Below are positions 49,950 to 62,985 of a stretch of DNA of 64,000 nucleotides, piece by piece. Made by a program: the position numbers and the translations under genes. Each line of letters opens with the position of its first letter. Positions within the stretch are counted from its first letter, which is position 1. The DNA comes from the human T2T-CHM13v2.0 reference genome, Homo sapiens. The DNA lies in assembly GCF_009914755.1 (NCBI RefSeq), contig NC_060946.1; one strand, 5' to 3'. Under the pieces are notes generated by a model. It was not told where the DNA came from, did no database searches, and was given only the letters and a program-made list of their open reading frames with translations.

Positions 49950-52900
49950 AATGCATAATTTTTCAGTTAGTTGTATTAGTTACGTAACTGAGGGCTCGTT
50001 TCTCATAGTGACGAGCACAGTTCTTAAAAGTCCAATCCAGTGAGTTTTGACACAACTGAACCTCAGTAGCACACGTCACAACCAAAATCAGGAAGATGTC
50101 ACCTCCCTGAAAGCTTCCTTGTGCCACCTCCTGCGGTACCCATTGCCCTGCTGCCCATCTCCATTGACTGGCCTCGCCTGTCCAGAAACTTTATAGAAAT
50201 GGAACAGGGTTAGGGTGTGTGCTTGATTTCAGTAGCTGCTTTTACTCGGTGTAATGCTTCTGAGACGCCTCTGTGTGATCAGGTCTAAGTGGCTGGATTT
50301 GTATTGCTGAGTGATATTCCCGTGGATGAAGAGTCCACAGTTTGTTTATAAAACAAAGTCACCTGTTGAGTGTTTAAATTGTTTCCAGTCTGAGACTCTT
50401 ATGAAAAAGCTGCTATGAATATTTTTATGCCGATGTTTCTGTGAACCTGCTTTCATTTTATCCAAATACATACCTAGGTGTAGGGTCCAGCCCTACGGGG
50501 CTTAGTGGGTGTTCTCCCCGTGTGCGGAGACGAGAGACTGTAATAAAGACACAAGACAAAGAGATAAAGAGAAAACAGCTGGGCCCCGGGGGACCACTAC
50601 CATCAAGACGCGGAGACTGGTAGTGGCCCCAAAGGGCTGGGCGCGTTGATATTTATTGCATACAAGACAAGGGGGCAGGGTAAGAAGGGTGAATCTTCTG
50701 AGTGATTGACAAGGTGAAGCAAGTCACGTGATTACAGGATAGGGGGCCCTTCCTTTTTAGGTAGCCGAAGCAGAGAGAGAAGGCAGCATACGTCAGCGTT
50801 TTCTTCTATGCACTTATAAGAAAGATCAAAGACTTTAAGACTTTCACTATTTCTTCTACTGCTATCTACTACGAACTTCAAAGAGGAACCAGGAGTACGG
50901 GAGGAGCATGAAAGTGGACAAGGAGCGTGACCATTGAAGCACCACGGGGAGGGGGTTAGGCCTCCGGATGACTGCGGGCAGGCCTGGATAATATCCAGCC
51001 TTCCACAAGAAGCTGGTGGAGCAGAGTGTTCCCTGACTCCTCCAAGGAAAGGAGACTCCCTTTCGCAGTCTGCTAAGTAAAGGGTGGCTTCCCAGGCACT
51101 GAGTTACTGCTTGACCAAGGAGCCCTCAAGCGGCCCTTATGCGGGCGTGACAGAAGGCTCACCTCTTGCCTTCTAGGTCACTTCTCACAATGTCCCTTCA
51201 GCACCTGACCCTATACCCGCCGGTTATTCCTAGGTTATATTAGTGATGCAACAAAGAGTAATATTAAAAGCTAATGATTAATAATGTTTATAATGATTGA
51301 TAATTCTTCATGGTCATCTCTATATCTAATTTGTATTATGACTATTCTTATTCTAATTATTTTCTTTATTATACTGAAACAGTTTGTGCCTCAGTCTCTT
51401 GCCTTGGCACCTAGGTAATCCTCCGCCCACACCTAGGAGTAGAATTTGAGAATCATGAAGTAGAGACGTGTGTTACATTGTGAGAAACAACAAAACATCT
51501 TCCAAAGTGATTGCGCCAGGAACCACGCAGGGGTGCCTGTTCCAGCTCCTCGGTAATTTTGCCCACGCTGCACGCTGCCAGTCTTTTCAATTTCAACCAT
51601 CCTAGTGGGAAACACCTGGCATGTGTGTGTCCCCCCGTGATTAATGACGCCAGCAACTTGGCATGTGCCTTTTGGCTATTTGTGTATTTTCTTTTGTGAA
51701 GTGTTTCTATACATTTTTGTCAATTTGTTTGGACTGTTTTCTTCTTCTGGAATTGTAGGAGCTATTTTTTCCTATCTATTTTGGATCTGTGTCCTTTGTC
51801 AGATATGTGCACTGTGAATATTTTCTTTCCATGTCTTGCTTTTTCATTTTCTTAGAGGTGTCTTTTGTCGAGCAGATGCTTTAATTATGATAAAGACCAA
51901 TTTTATCAGTTTTCTGTGGTTAGGCTTTCTGCGTCTCATCTAAGAAACATATGCCTATCTCAAGATGATGAATTATTCTTCTATGTTCTCTTCTAGAAGT
52001 TTAATGGTTTTGCTGCTTATGCATAAGTCTGTGATGAATCTTGAATTACTTTTTGTGTATAGTGTGAGGCAGGCATAAGATATTTCTAATGATAACTCAC
52101 CTGTTCCAGCACCATCTCCCTTCCCCACTGAATTTCACCAGGATCTTTGTTTCACATCTATTGACCAAGAAGTTCTGTATCCATTTCTGGACATCTTATT
52201 CTGCCCGTTGGCTTTTCTTTCTGCACACTGACACTGCGCTGTCTCGATTCCTGGTGATTTATAGTAAGCCTGGACTAAGGTACTGAAGTCCTGCAACTTC
52301 TGTCTTTCTTTGAAAGTTTGCTTTGGCTGTTCTAAGTCATTTCCATTTTTTTATGAATCTGCTTGTAAATTCCTCCAAAGAGATTCTGCTTGGACTTCTG
52401 TTGAGATTGATTTTAAGCTATAAATCTATTTGGGGGGAACTAACATCTTATAAACATCGAGTCTTCCAATATGAACATGATGTATTTTCCTTTTATTTGT
52501 GTCTTCTTTCACTGTTAATAATGTTGTCATTTTGATTGTAGAGGTCTTGCATATCTCTCTTTAAATGTATTCTGAAGCATGTTACGTTTTCAAATGTAAA
52601 TAATATTTTTAAATTTTCATTTATTCTTTTTCCTAATGTATAGAAGTACGATTGAATGTGTTTATAAATGTAACTCGTAAGGCTGCTAAATTTGCTTACA
52701 GTTGTGATTGTGTTGATTGATTTTTAAGTTCTTAGTTATGACGTATTATTCTTATAAATATTGGAATATCTAATTTGCTAGTATTTTTGTTAAGCATTTT
52801 CTAATCTATGTTCATTAGGGATGCTGCTCCAACTTCATTTCCTTATAATATCTTCACCAGGTTTAGGTACCAGGATTGTGCTGGCCTTATAGATTAAGTG

Positions 52901-52950
52901 TGTAATCTTAATCTATGAGGAAGTATGTAATTGTTCATTCTTTGAAAAGA
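49950..52950 (-). mobile_element. Old L1M 3' region (antisense), host of LTR13
   Basis: atagaaatggaa, gctgctatgaatatt, cctttgtcagatatg, ttctagaagtttaatggtttt and similar. Confidence 0.8.
50479..51431 (-). mobile_element. LTR13 (HERV-K13/HML-4) solo LTR, 953 bp
   Basis: Reverse complement begins TGTGGGCGGAGGATTACCTAGGTGCCAAGGCAAGAGACTGAGGCACAAACTGTTTCAG and ends ...GGACCCTACA; perfect 6-bp TSD CCTAGG (50473-50478 and 51432-51437). Confidence 0.9.
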
Positions 52951-53238
<288 letters not shown>

Positions 53239-53292
53239 TGATTGGTATTTTTTTCCTTAAATCTGTGACCAAATTCCCAAAAAAGTATAACT

Positions 53293-55898
53293 TTCTGAAA
53301 TCTTTCATTGTGGTTGAAGTCTCCCCCCGCTACCCAGGTTCTGAAATCTTTCATTGTGATTGAAGTCTCCCCCTTCACCCGCCCCAGATTCTGAAATCTT
53401 CCATTGTGGTTGAAGTTTCCCCCCAGATTCTGAAATCTTTCATTGTGGTTGAAGTCTCCCCCCAGATTCTGAAATCTTTCATTGTGGTTGAAGTCTCCCC
53501 TCCCGGCCCAGATTCTGAAATCTTTCATTGTGGTTGAAGTCTCCCCCCCACACACCCAGGTTCTGAAATTTTTCATTGTGGTTGAAGTCTCCCCCCAGAT
53601 TCTGAAATCTTTCACTGTGATTGAAGTCTCCCCCTGAGATTCTGAAATCTTTCATTGTGGTTGAAGTCTCCCCCTGAGATTCTGAAATCTTTCATTGTGG
53701 TTGAAGTCTCCCCCTGAGATTCTGAAATCTTTCATTGTGGTTGAAGTCTCCCCCCACCACACCGAGGTTCTGAAATCTTTCATTGTGATTGAAGACTCCC
53801 CCCGCTACCCAGGTTCTGAAATCTTTCATTGTGGTTGAAGTCTCCCACCCAAGATTCTGAAATCTTTCATTCTGGTTGAAGTCTCCCCCCGCTACCCAGG
53901 TTCTGAAATCTTTCATGGTGGTTGAAGTCTCCCCGCCCACACCCAGGTTCTGAAATCTTTCATTGTGGTTGAAGTCTCCCCCTGAGATTCTGAAATCTTT
54001 CATTGTGGTTGAAGTCTCCCCACTCCCCCGCCCAGATTCTGAAATCTTTCATTGTGGTTGAAGTCTCCCATGCAAGATTCTGAAATCTTTCATTGTGGTT
54101 GAAGTCTCCCCCACCACACCCAGGTTCTGAAATTTTTCATTGTGGTTGAAGTCTCCCCCCAGATTCTGAAATCTTTCACTGTGATTGAAGTCTCCCCCTG
54201 AGATTCTGAAATCTTTCATTGTGGTTGAAGTCTCCCCCTGAGATTCTGAAATCTTTCATTGTGGTTGAAGTCTCCCCCTGAGATTCTGAAATCTTTCATT
54301 GTGGTTGAAGTCTCCCCCCACCACACCGAGGTTCTGAAATCTTTCATTGTGGTTGAAGACTCCCCCCGCTACCCAGGTTCTGAAATCTTTCATTGTGGTT
54401 GAAGTCTCCCACCCAAGATTCTGAAATCTTTCATTCTGGTTGAAGTCTCCCCCCGCTACCCAGGTTCTGAAATCTTTCATGGTGGTTGAAGTCTCCCCGC
54501 CCACACCCAGGTTCTGAAATCTTTCATTGTGGTTGAAGTCTCCCCCTGAGATTCTGAAATCTTTCATTGTGGTTGAAGTCTCCCCACTCCCCCGCCCAGA
54601 TTCTGAAATCTTTCATTGTGGTTGAAGTCTCCCATGCAAGATTCTGAAATCTTTCATTGTGGTTGAAGTCTCCCCCACCACACCCAGGTTCTGAAATTTT
54701 TCATTGTGGTTGAAGTCTCCCCCCAGATTCTGAAATCTTTCACTGTGATTGAAGTCTCCCCCTGAGATTCTGAAATCTTTCATTGTGGTTGAAGTCTCCC
54801 CCTGAGATTCTGAAATCTTTCATTGTGGTTGAAGTCTCCCCCTGAGATTCTGAAATCTTTCATTGTGGTTGAAGTCTCCCCCCACCACACCGAGGTTCTG
54901 AAATCTTTCATTGTGGTTGAAGACTCCCCCCGCTACCCAGGTTCTGAAATCTTTCATTGTGGTTGAAGTCTCCCACCCAAGATTCTGAAATCTTTCATTC
55001 TGGTTGAAGTCTCCCCCCGCTACCCAGGTTCTGAAATCTTTCATGGTGGTTGAAGTCTCCCCGCCCACACCCAGGTTCTGAAATCTTTCATTGTGGTTGA
55101 AGTTTCCCCCTGAGATTCTGAAATCTTTCATTGTGGTTGAAGTCTCCCCACTCCCCCGCCCAGATTCTGAAATCTTTCATTGTGGTTGAAGTCTCCCATG
55201 CAAGATTCTGAAATCTTTCATTGTGGTTGAAGTCTCCCCCCGCTACCCAGGTTCTGAAATCTTTCATTGTGGTTGAAGTCTCCCCCCAGATTCTGAAATC
55301 TTTCATTGTGGTTGAAGTCTCCCCCCATATTCTGAAATCTTTCATTGAGGTTGAAGTCTCCCCCCAGATTCTGAAATCTTTCACTGTGGTTGAAGTCTCC
55401 CCCCTCCCCCGCCCTTGATTCTGAAATGTTTCATTGTGGTTGAAGTCTCCCCCCTCCCCCCAGATTCTGAAATCTTTAATTGTGGTTGAAGTCTCCCCCC
55501 AGATTCTGAAATCTTTCACTGTGGTTGAAGTCTCCCCCTGAGATTCTGAAATCTTTCATTGTGGTTGAAATCTCCCCCCCCCCCCCCGCCACACCGAGGT
55601 TCTGAAATCTTTCTTTGTGGTTGAAGTCTCCCCCCGCTACCCAGGTTCTCAAATCTTTCATTGTGGTTGAAGTCTCCCCACCCAGATTCTGAAATCTTTC
55701 ATTGTGGTTGAAGTCTCCCCACCCAGATTCTGAAATCTTTCACTGTGGTTGAAGTCTCCCCCCTCCCCCGCCCCAGATTCTGAAATCTTTCATTGTGGTT
55801 GAAGTCTCCCCCCAGGTTCTGAAATCTTTCACTGTGGTTGAAGTCTCCCCCCAGATTCTGAAATCTTTCATTGTGGCTGAAGTCTTCCCCCCAGATTT
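53293..55898. repeat. About 60-unit minisatellite: constant core TTCTGAAATCTTTCATTGTGGTTGAAGTCTCCCC plus variable C-rich spacer, with a 564-bp higher-order repeat x3
   Basis: Marker variant TTCTGAAATTTTT at 53561, 54125 and 54689; near-identical 103-aa ORFs spaced 564 bp apart. Confidence 0.98.
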
Positions 55899-58800
55899 TT
55901 CATTTCTTCTTTTGTGAATTTTGCTAAGTTAGGCTTTTTATGTATTTTTCCACTTTAGCTAAGTTGTGAGATTATTGATATGAAGTTGTTTCTATTATTT
56001 GTTATCCTTTTAATGTATGGCTGAGTCCCTTTGTTCCTGATAATTTGTTTTTTCTTTGTTTGTTATCTATTGATCTAGTTAGAAGTTTATCACATGTAAT
56101 AATCTTTTCAAATAATCACCTTCTGAATATTTATATTCTTATCTTCTATTTTCTCTTTTATCTATTTCTCCTGAAATCTTTATTCTTTTCTTTTTAATTC
56201 AGTAATTCATTTGTTTATTAGTAAACAATGCTTTTGCACATCTAGGTCCACGTTGACCGTAGTCAAATGTGGGGATGTTTTACAGAATATATAATCGCAG
56301 CCTTTACATTCTGCTATTGCAAAGATTGACCTTATTGGGTCCAGCAATATTCCCCAACCATTGGGCTAAAAACTGATTAGCTTACCTACTAGTTACCTAC
56401 CAGATTATTTTTGATGCCTTTGATAGGAGTTCTGTATGCAGTTTTAATACATTTTGCTTTATTTTTATTTTCATTTTTATTTTCATTTTTTTCTACTTCC
56501 CCTGGTTTAATTCGCTTTACCACATAACTCCTTAAGGCAGAATTATATATGACTGAAATCATGAATCTCTTATTTTTTAAACTTAAAATATAAATCTATA
56601 AATTTCCTTCTAAGCTACTGTTATCTGTATCTTCTACAATTTTATATGTCTGGTATTCATTATCATTTTTTTTTCCTAATAATCCTTGTGGTTCCCCTCT
56701 CTAACCCATGAATTACATAGAAGTGAGTTATTTAATTTTCAAATATATGAGTGTTTTATGTAACAATTTTTTTATTGATTTCTATTTCAATTCCCTTGTG
56801 ATTAGAAAATATAATTTGTACAATTTCAGTCTTTTGAACTTCACTGAGACATGTTTCAAGGCTCAGCTTATGGTGAATTTGGAAGTTTATCCTGTGAGCG
56901 CTTAAAATCGTGCGTATCCCACAGTTTGGGTTTGCAGTGTTCCACAAGTGCCAATTAGTCGAAGTGGGTTGACAGAGCTAGTCACATCTTCTTTACCTCA
57001 CTCATTTTTCTACTGTTATTTTCATATTTTTGATCTATTAATTTCCAAGAGAGGACTATTAAAACCTCCCTCTGTAATTGTGGATCTATTTTCTTTCTTA
57101 ATTCTGTTGTTTTTTTGCTTCGGGTATTTAAAGCACTTTTTCTCTCTCTCTGCGTGCACTTTAAAAACTACTGTTTTTGAATGAATTTATTTTTCATTTT
57201 AAAATGTTCCTCCTTTTATCTGATACTACTTCTTGTCTTAAAGTCCGCTTTGAATGCAGCCACTCGTGTTTTCATTGTGCATCTTCGACTCGTTTTTACT
57301 TTTTATTAATTTATCTGGCTCTTTGTATTTAAATTGTATGTCTTATAAACAGAATACAATTACGTCTTTCTTTTCATCCATCCTGTCGCCGACTTAATTA
57401 GAGCACTTAGACCATTTATACGTAAAGTTATACTTGATTTGATTTGCCTACTCTCTTTTTGTTTTCAATGTATCCCATATGTTCTTGGTTCTATCTTTGT
57501 CGCTTTATTCTTGATTGATTATATTTTACTGCTCTTTTCCTTCTTCCACTGACTTATTTTTGTTGTTTGATTCCATTGGTTGCCCAATTTCACTGGCAAA
57601 CCAAAAATAACCATTTATTTTAGTTTCATTACATTAAAATATGTTTAATATGCAATAAATGCATCATTTCAAGGTATATAAATCTATAAATTTTGTTACC
57701 ATCACAATCAGGACATGTGACATTTGTAACAGCTCCAAAAGTTACTCTTGCCTTCCAGTAACTTCACACCCCCTCCACAGCACCCATCACGCAGTTCTCC
57801 TTTTGCTCTCTAGCTTTGACCCTTCTAGAATTCTTTCATTTGGTATTGGTTTTGTGTCTGACTTCCTTCACTTAACATAATGATACAGAGATTTATCCAT
57901 GCTGTAGTGTGGCATTGGTAAATATTGTTACTCTGTTTTATTGCAGACTAGTATTCCTTAGTACAGATATACCACAACGTGTGTATGTATGCATCAGTTG
58001 AAGAGCATTTTTTACAGCTATTTTGAATAAAGCTGCACGAATATTCATGTGCAAGCCTTTATGTGGGTGTACGTTTTCACTTTTCTTAGATAAATACCGA
58101 AGATGGAAATTATTAAGTCATGTGACAACGTGTCCTGAGCTTTACAAAAAACTGCTGAACCCTTTTCCAAATTGCCTGTCTCACTTTGCATTTCTGCTAG
58201 CAACGTATGAAAATTCTAATTTCTTCACATCCTTAGTAATACTTGGTATCTTCAGTCTTTTAAATTTCAACCATTCTAATGGGCATGAAGTGGTATCTCA
58301 TTGTAGTTTTAATTTGCATTCTTCTAAAGTTGAATGAAGTTGAGCATCTTTTCATATGCTTATTAACCCCATGTTTACCTTCTTCAGTATAGCATCTGTT
58401 CACATGTTTTGCCCATTTCTTAAATGTTTTGTTTGACATCTTATTACTGAGTGTGAGAGTTCTGCAAATATTCTGGATACAAGGCTTTTATATTTGCTTT
58501 TTCAACTATTTTGTGAAAAACCAGTCTGTGGTTTGCCTTTTCAGTTTCTTGGGTGGTTTGAAGAGCAAACATTTTAATTTTGATGAAATCTCACTTATTG
58601 TTTTTTAAAAATTCTGTAGTTCAAGTTTCTAATAGCTTATTAATAAATACTTGCTTAAAATGCTTCTATATTCAAAATATTGGTGGTTTTAACGTTTGGT
58701 TCTATTATCTATTTCAAGTTAATTTGTGCATATTGTGTGAAGTCAGGGTTGTAGTTCACCATGTTGCATACGAATATACATTATTTGCAGCACTATTTGT

Positions 58801-58900
58801 TCAAAATATTGTGCTTTCCTATTAAATTATCTTGACACCTTTGTCAAAAATCAATTGACCATATTTCTTAGGGTCAGTTTCTGGACTTCTATTGGAAGTC
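55899..58900 (-). mobile_element. Old L1M fragments (antisense)
   Basis: aatcttttcaaataatcacc, ctataaatttccttctaag, gtggtatctcattgtagttttaatttgcatt, ctttgtcaaaaatcaattgacc. Confidence 0.8.
56183..56460 (-). pseudogene. Putative retroposed mRNA 3' UTR fragment inserted in L1
   Basis: Non-L1-like segment; on the minus strand AATAAA (56214-56219) lies about 18 nt before an A-rich tail; CTTTATT on both sides. Confidence 0.35.
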
Positions 58901-59031
58901 CTTTAGCCTTATCTCAACTGGCTGGAACAAGTTGGAGCCATCTTGGAATATGCACATTCAAACCTTTGACCAGGGGATGATACGCTTTTTATGGATTTAG
59001 GAAATTTGGAAGAACTTCTCTATTCCCCACA

Positions 59032-59948
59032 CCCTGCGTACCTAGATCCACTGCGTACCTAGATCCCTGCGTACTTAGAGCCCTGCGTACCTAGATCCCT
59101 GTGAACCTAGATCCACTGTGTATCTAGATCCCTGTGTGCCTAGATCCCTGCGTACCTAGATCCCTGCGTACCTAGATCCCTGCGTACCTAGATCCCTGCA
59201 TACTTAGAGCCCTGCATACCTAGATCCCTGTGAACCTAGACCCACTGTGTATCTAGATCCCTGCATACCTAGATCCACTGCATACCTAGATCCCTATATA
59301 CCTAGGTTCACTGTGTACCTAGATCCCTGCGTGCCTAGATCCCTGCATACCTAGATCCCTGCGTACCTAGATCCCTGCGTACTTAGAGCCCTGCGTACCT
59401 AGATCCCTGTGAACCTAGATCCACTGTGTATCTAGATCCCTGTGTACCTAGATCCCTGCATACCTAGATCCCTGCGTACCTAGATCCCTGCATACTTAGA
59501 TCCCTGCATACCTAGATCCCTGTGAACCTAGACCCACTGTGTATCTAGATCCCTGCGTACCTAGATCCCTGCGTACCTAGATCCCTGCGTACCTAGATCC
59601 CTGCATACTTAGAGCCCTGCGTACCTAGATCCCTGTGAACCTAGATCCACTGTGTATCTAGATCCCTGTGTACCTAGATCCCTGCGTACCTAGATCCCTG
59701 CATACCTAGATCCCTGCGTACCTAGATCCCTGCATACTTAGAGCCCTGTGTACCTAGATCCCTGTGAACCTAGACCCACTGTGTATCTAGATCCCTGCGT
59801 ACCTATATCCACTGCATACCTAGATCCCTACATACCTAGGTTCACTGCGTACCTAGATCCCTGTGTACCTAGATCCACTGCGTACCTAGATCCCTACATA
59901 CCTAGATCCACTGCGTACCTAGATCCCTACGTACCTAGATCCGCTGCA
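59032..59948. repeat. 16/17-bp minisatellite, about 56 copies (CCCTGCGTACCTAGAT)
   Basis: Continuous units with patterned variants. Confidence 0.97.
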
Positions 59949-60099
59949 TTGGAATGATGCCCTGTCTACAGACAAACGTCCTGTCTTCCCCCTTGGTGTT
60001 GAATTGCGTGTTGATCTGCTTGTGTTTGAAGAGCATTTCTGGAGCCAGTGCCCTGGCCTCACCACTGGATATTCTATCTTGGGAAGCTGTTGCCTCTTT

Positions 60100-60330
60100 A
60101 AACACCAGTTTCCTCACTTCTAAAATAGGGTAAAATGATAATACCTACTTTGTTATGCCACTGGAAAGATTAAAGGAGAGAATGTATGTGTCATTTACAT
60201 AAGATAAATACTCAGTAGACACCCACTCATTCACTTAGTAAATGTTTATTGCAGGTCATCATGTGCCGAGCGCTGGAAGTACTCTGAAAAACGTGTCCTT
60301 ACTCATGTGACACTTTCCTTTTAATTGGGA
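60100..60330. mobile_element. MIR fragment followed by an L2 fragment
   Basis: cagtttcctcacttctaaaataggg ... ataatacctac (MIR); cactcattcacttagtaaatgtttattg (L2). Confidence 0.55.
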
Positions 60331-61002
60331 CGAAAGCCAGGAAACATGTGAGTCTTTTAATGATGAGATGTGAAAAAAAAAAATAAAGCCTCATATCTGG
60401 AAAGGTGGCACTGGCAATAGCAGCATAGTTTTAGCATTTTCCCCACATCCTACACAAAATTAGAGTAATTAGATTTTTTTTTTAATGGAAGGAGGCTTGG
60501 AATATTGAAGAAGGCACATCTGGGAGCAGAGACCCAGGGACAGCCTGTCCCGGGCCTGGGCACCCCACCAGCACTGAATTCTTAAAGAGAACTTGGAAAA
60601 CTCTAAGGTACGCACACCCCAAAGCCAGCCTTGCCTGCCGAGATCTGAGGGTTGAACAGGCCTAGAACCTCCTGACAGCCCAGAGAGTGAGGAAGCCATC
60701 AAAGACTCAGGAGCCAACTCGAAGGGACCCCACTGGCCGATGATGATGTGATTTATGCCCCAACCAGGATGAGGACTGCAGTTGATTGAAACCCATCATG
60801 TCTGCTTGAATCATTCAAATCATGGCATTAGAACAAAATGCACAGAGCACCTGGTGGATACAGAAAAAGATTCATTATCTTAAAAATTAGATACCTCAAG
60901 TGAATCATCCAGCACTGATCTGCAGAGAACCAACTCTGTGGCCTGTATCACAGAATAACTGCATGTGGCTGCAAGGAAGAGTCTCCTTATAAAACTTTTT
61001 CG

Positions 61003-61357
61003 GGCCGGACATGGTGGCTTATGCCTGTAATGCTAGCACTTTGGGAGGCCAAGGTAGGTGAGTTGCTTGAGCCCATGAGGTTGAGACCAGAGTGGGCAAC
61101 ATGGCAAAACCCTGTCTCTATCAAAAATAAAAAAAATTAGGGCCGGGCACGGTGGCTCACGCCTGTAATCCCAGCACTCTGAGGCTGAGGTGGGCAGATC
61201 ACGAGATCAGGAGATCGAGACCATCCTGGCTAACTCGGTGAAATCCCGTCTCTACTGGGGAAAAAAAAAAAAAAAAAAAAAAATTAGCCGGGCGTGTTGG
61301 CAGGCGCCTGTAATCCAGCCTGGGCAACAAAGTGAGACTCTGTCTCAAAAACAAAAA
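61003..61357 (+). mobile_element. Composite Alu: older left monomer, AluY-type left monomer, internally deleted right arm
   Basis: GGCCGG starts at 61003 and 61141; junction cctgtaatcc|agcctgggcaac. Confidence 0.88.
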
Positions 61358-62014
61358 TGTATTGAGCTGTTAAAGGAAAATAAAACAGTAGTATTAGGAT
61401 ACTTTCCAGTGAATTGTAACATCTCGGTGTGGAACGTCCATAACTGCTAGAATGAAAACAGCACCTCTTCGTGGGAGAGACACCCAGGGTTGTGCCCAAG
61501 AGGTGGACTCTGAGCCAGGGGAAGCCTCCAGGTCTGGCTGCTGATGGCCCATCCTCCACCATGAGCAACATCCAGGCGGTGGCAAACCCTCCAGCTCAAA
61601 CAACCTGGTGTTTACAAAAGATAAACCTGGTGTTTACAAAAGGAAAAGAAGAGGCTCTGAGGGTAAGCTGCTGATTGAAAGAGGCTTAAGGGGTCTATCA
61701 AGCAAAACAACAAAACTGGTTAAGACTAAGCTATTGTGTCTTGGAATAAGCACTTGGCTAATAAATCCATAAAGAAATTTGAGGCAGTGGTGGCTCTACG
61801 AGTCAGGACAGCTGGGGGAGCTGTGCTGGTGCCCAGATGGGAAATGCTGGGAAGGACATTTAGGGGTAAAATGAGCCTGTGGCTTTGAGTATGACATTGA
61901 GGGGTCTGGATACTGACATGAGGATGCTGGGCTCAGCCTGATTCTGAGGAAACTGTGAGGCAGAAACTTCCTGGGGGCCGCGGCCAGGCTTTTGAGGACT
62001 TGCATCCCTCGGAG

Positions 62015-62017
<3 letters not shown>

Positions 62018-62063
<46 letters not shown>
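62018..62063. repeat. (TG)n microsatellite, about 22 units
   Basis: Perfect GT run. Confidence 0.97.
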
Positions 62064-62064
<1 letters not shown>

Positions 62065-62118
62065 CTCCCAGGCATCTCCCGGCTGCCAGCTCCCACTGCG
62101 GAAGAGTGATCCTCCTGA

Positions 62119-62985
<867 letters not shown>

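Noticed and set aside
53293-55898. CRISPR array (constant repeat with a small dyad plus variable spacers)
   Set aside because: Spacers are only 5-20 bp, low-complexity and reused in a fixed order. There are no cas genes, the flanks are L1/Alu and the DNA is primate. It is a minisatellite.
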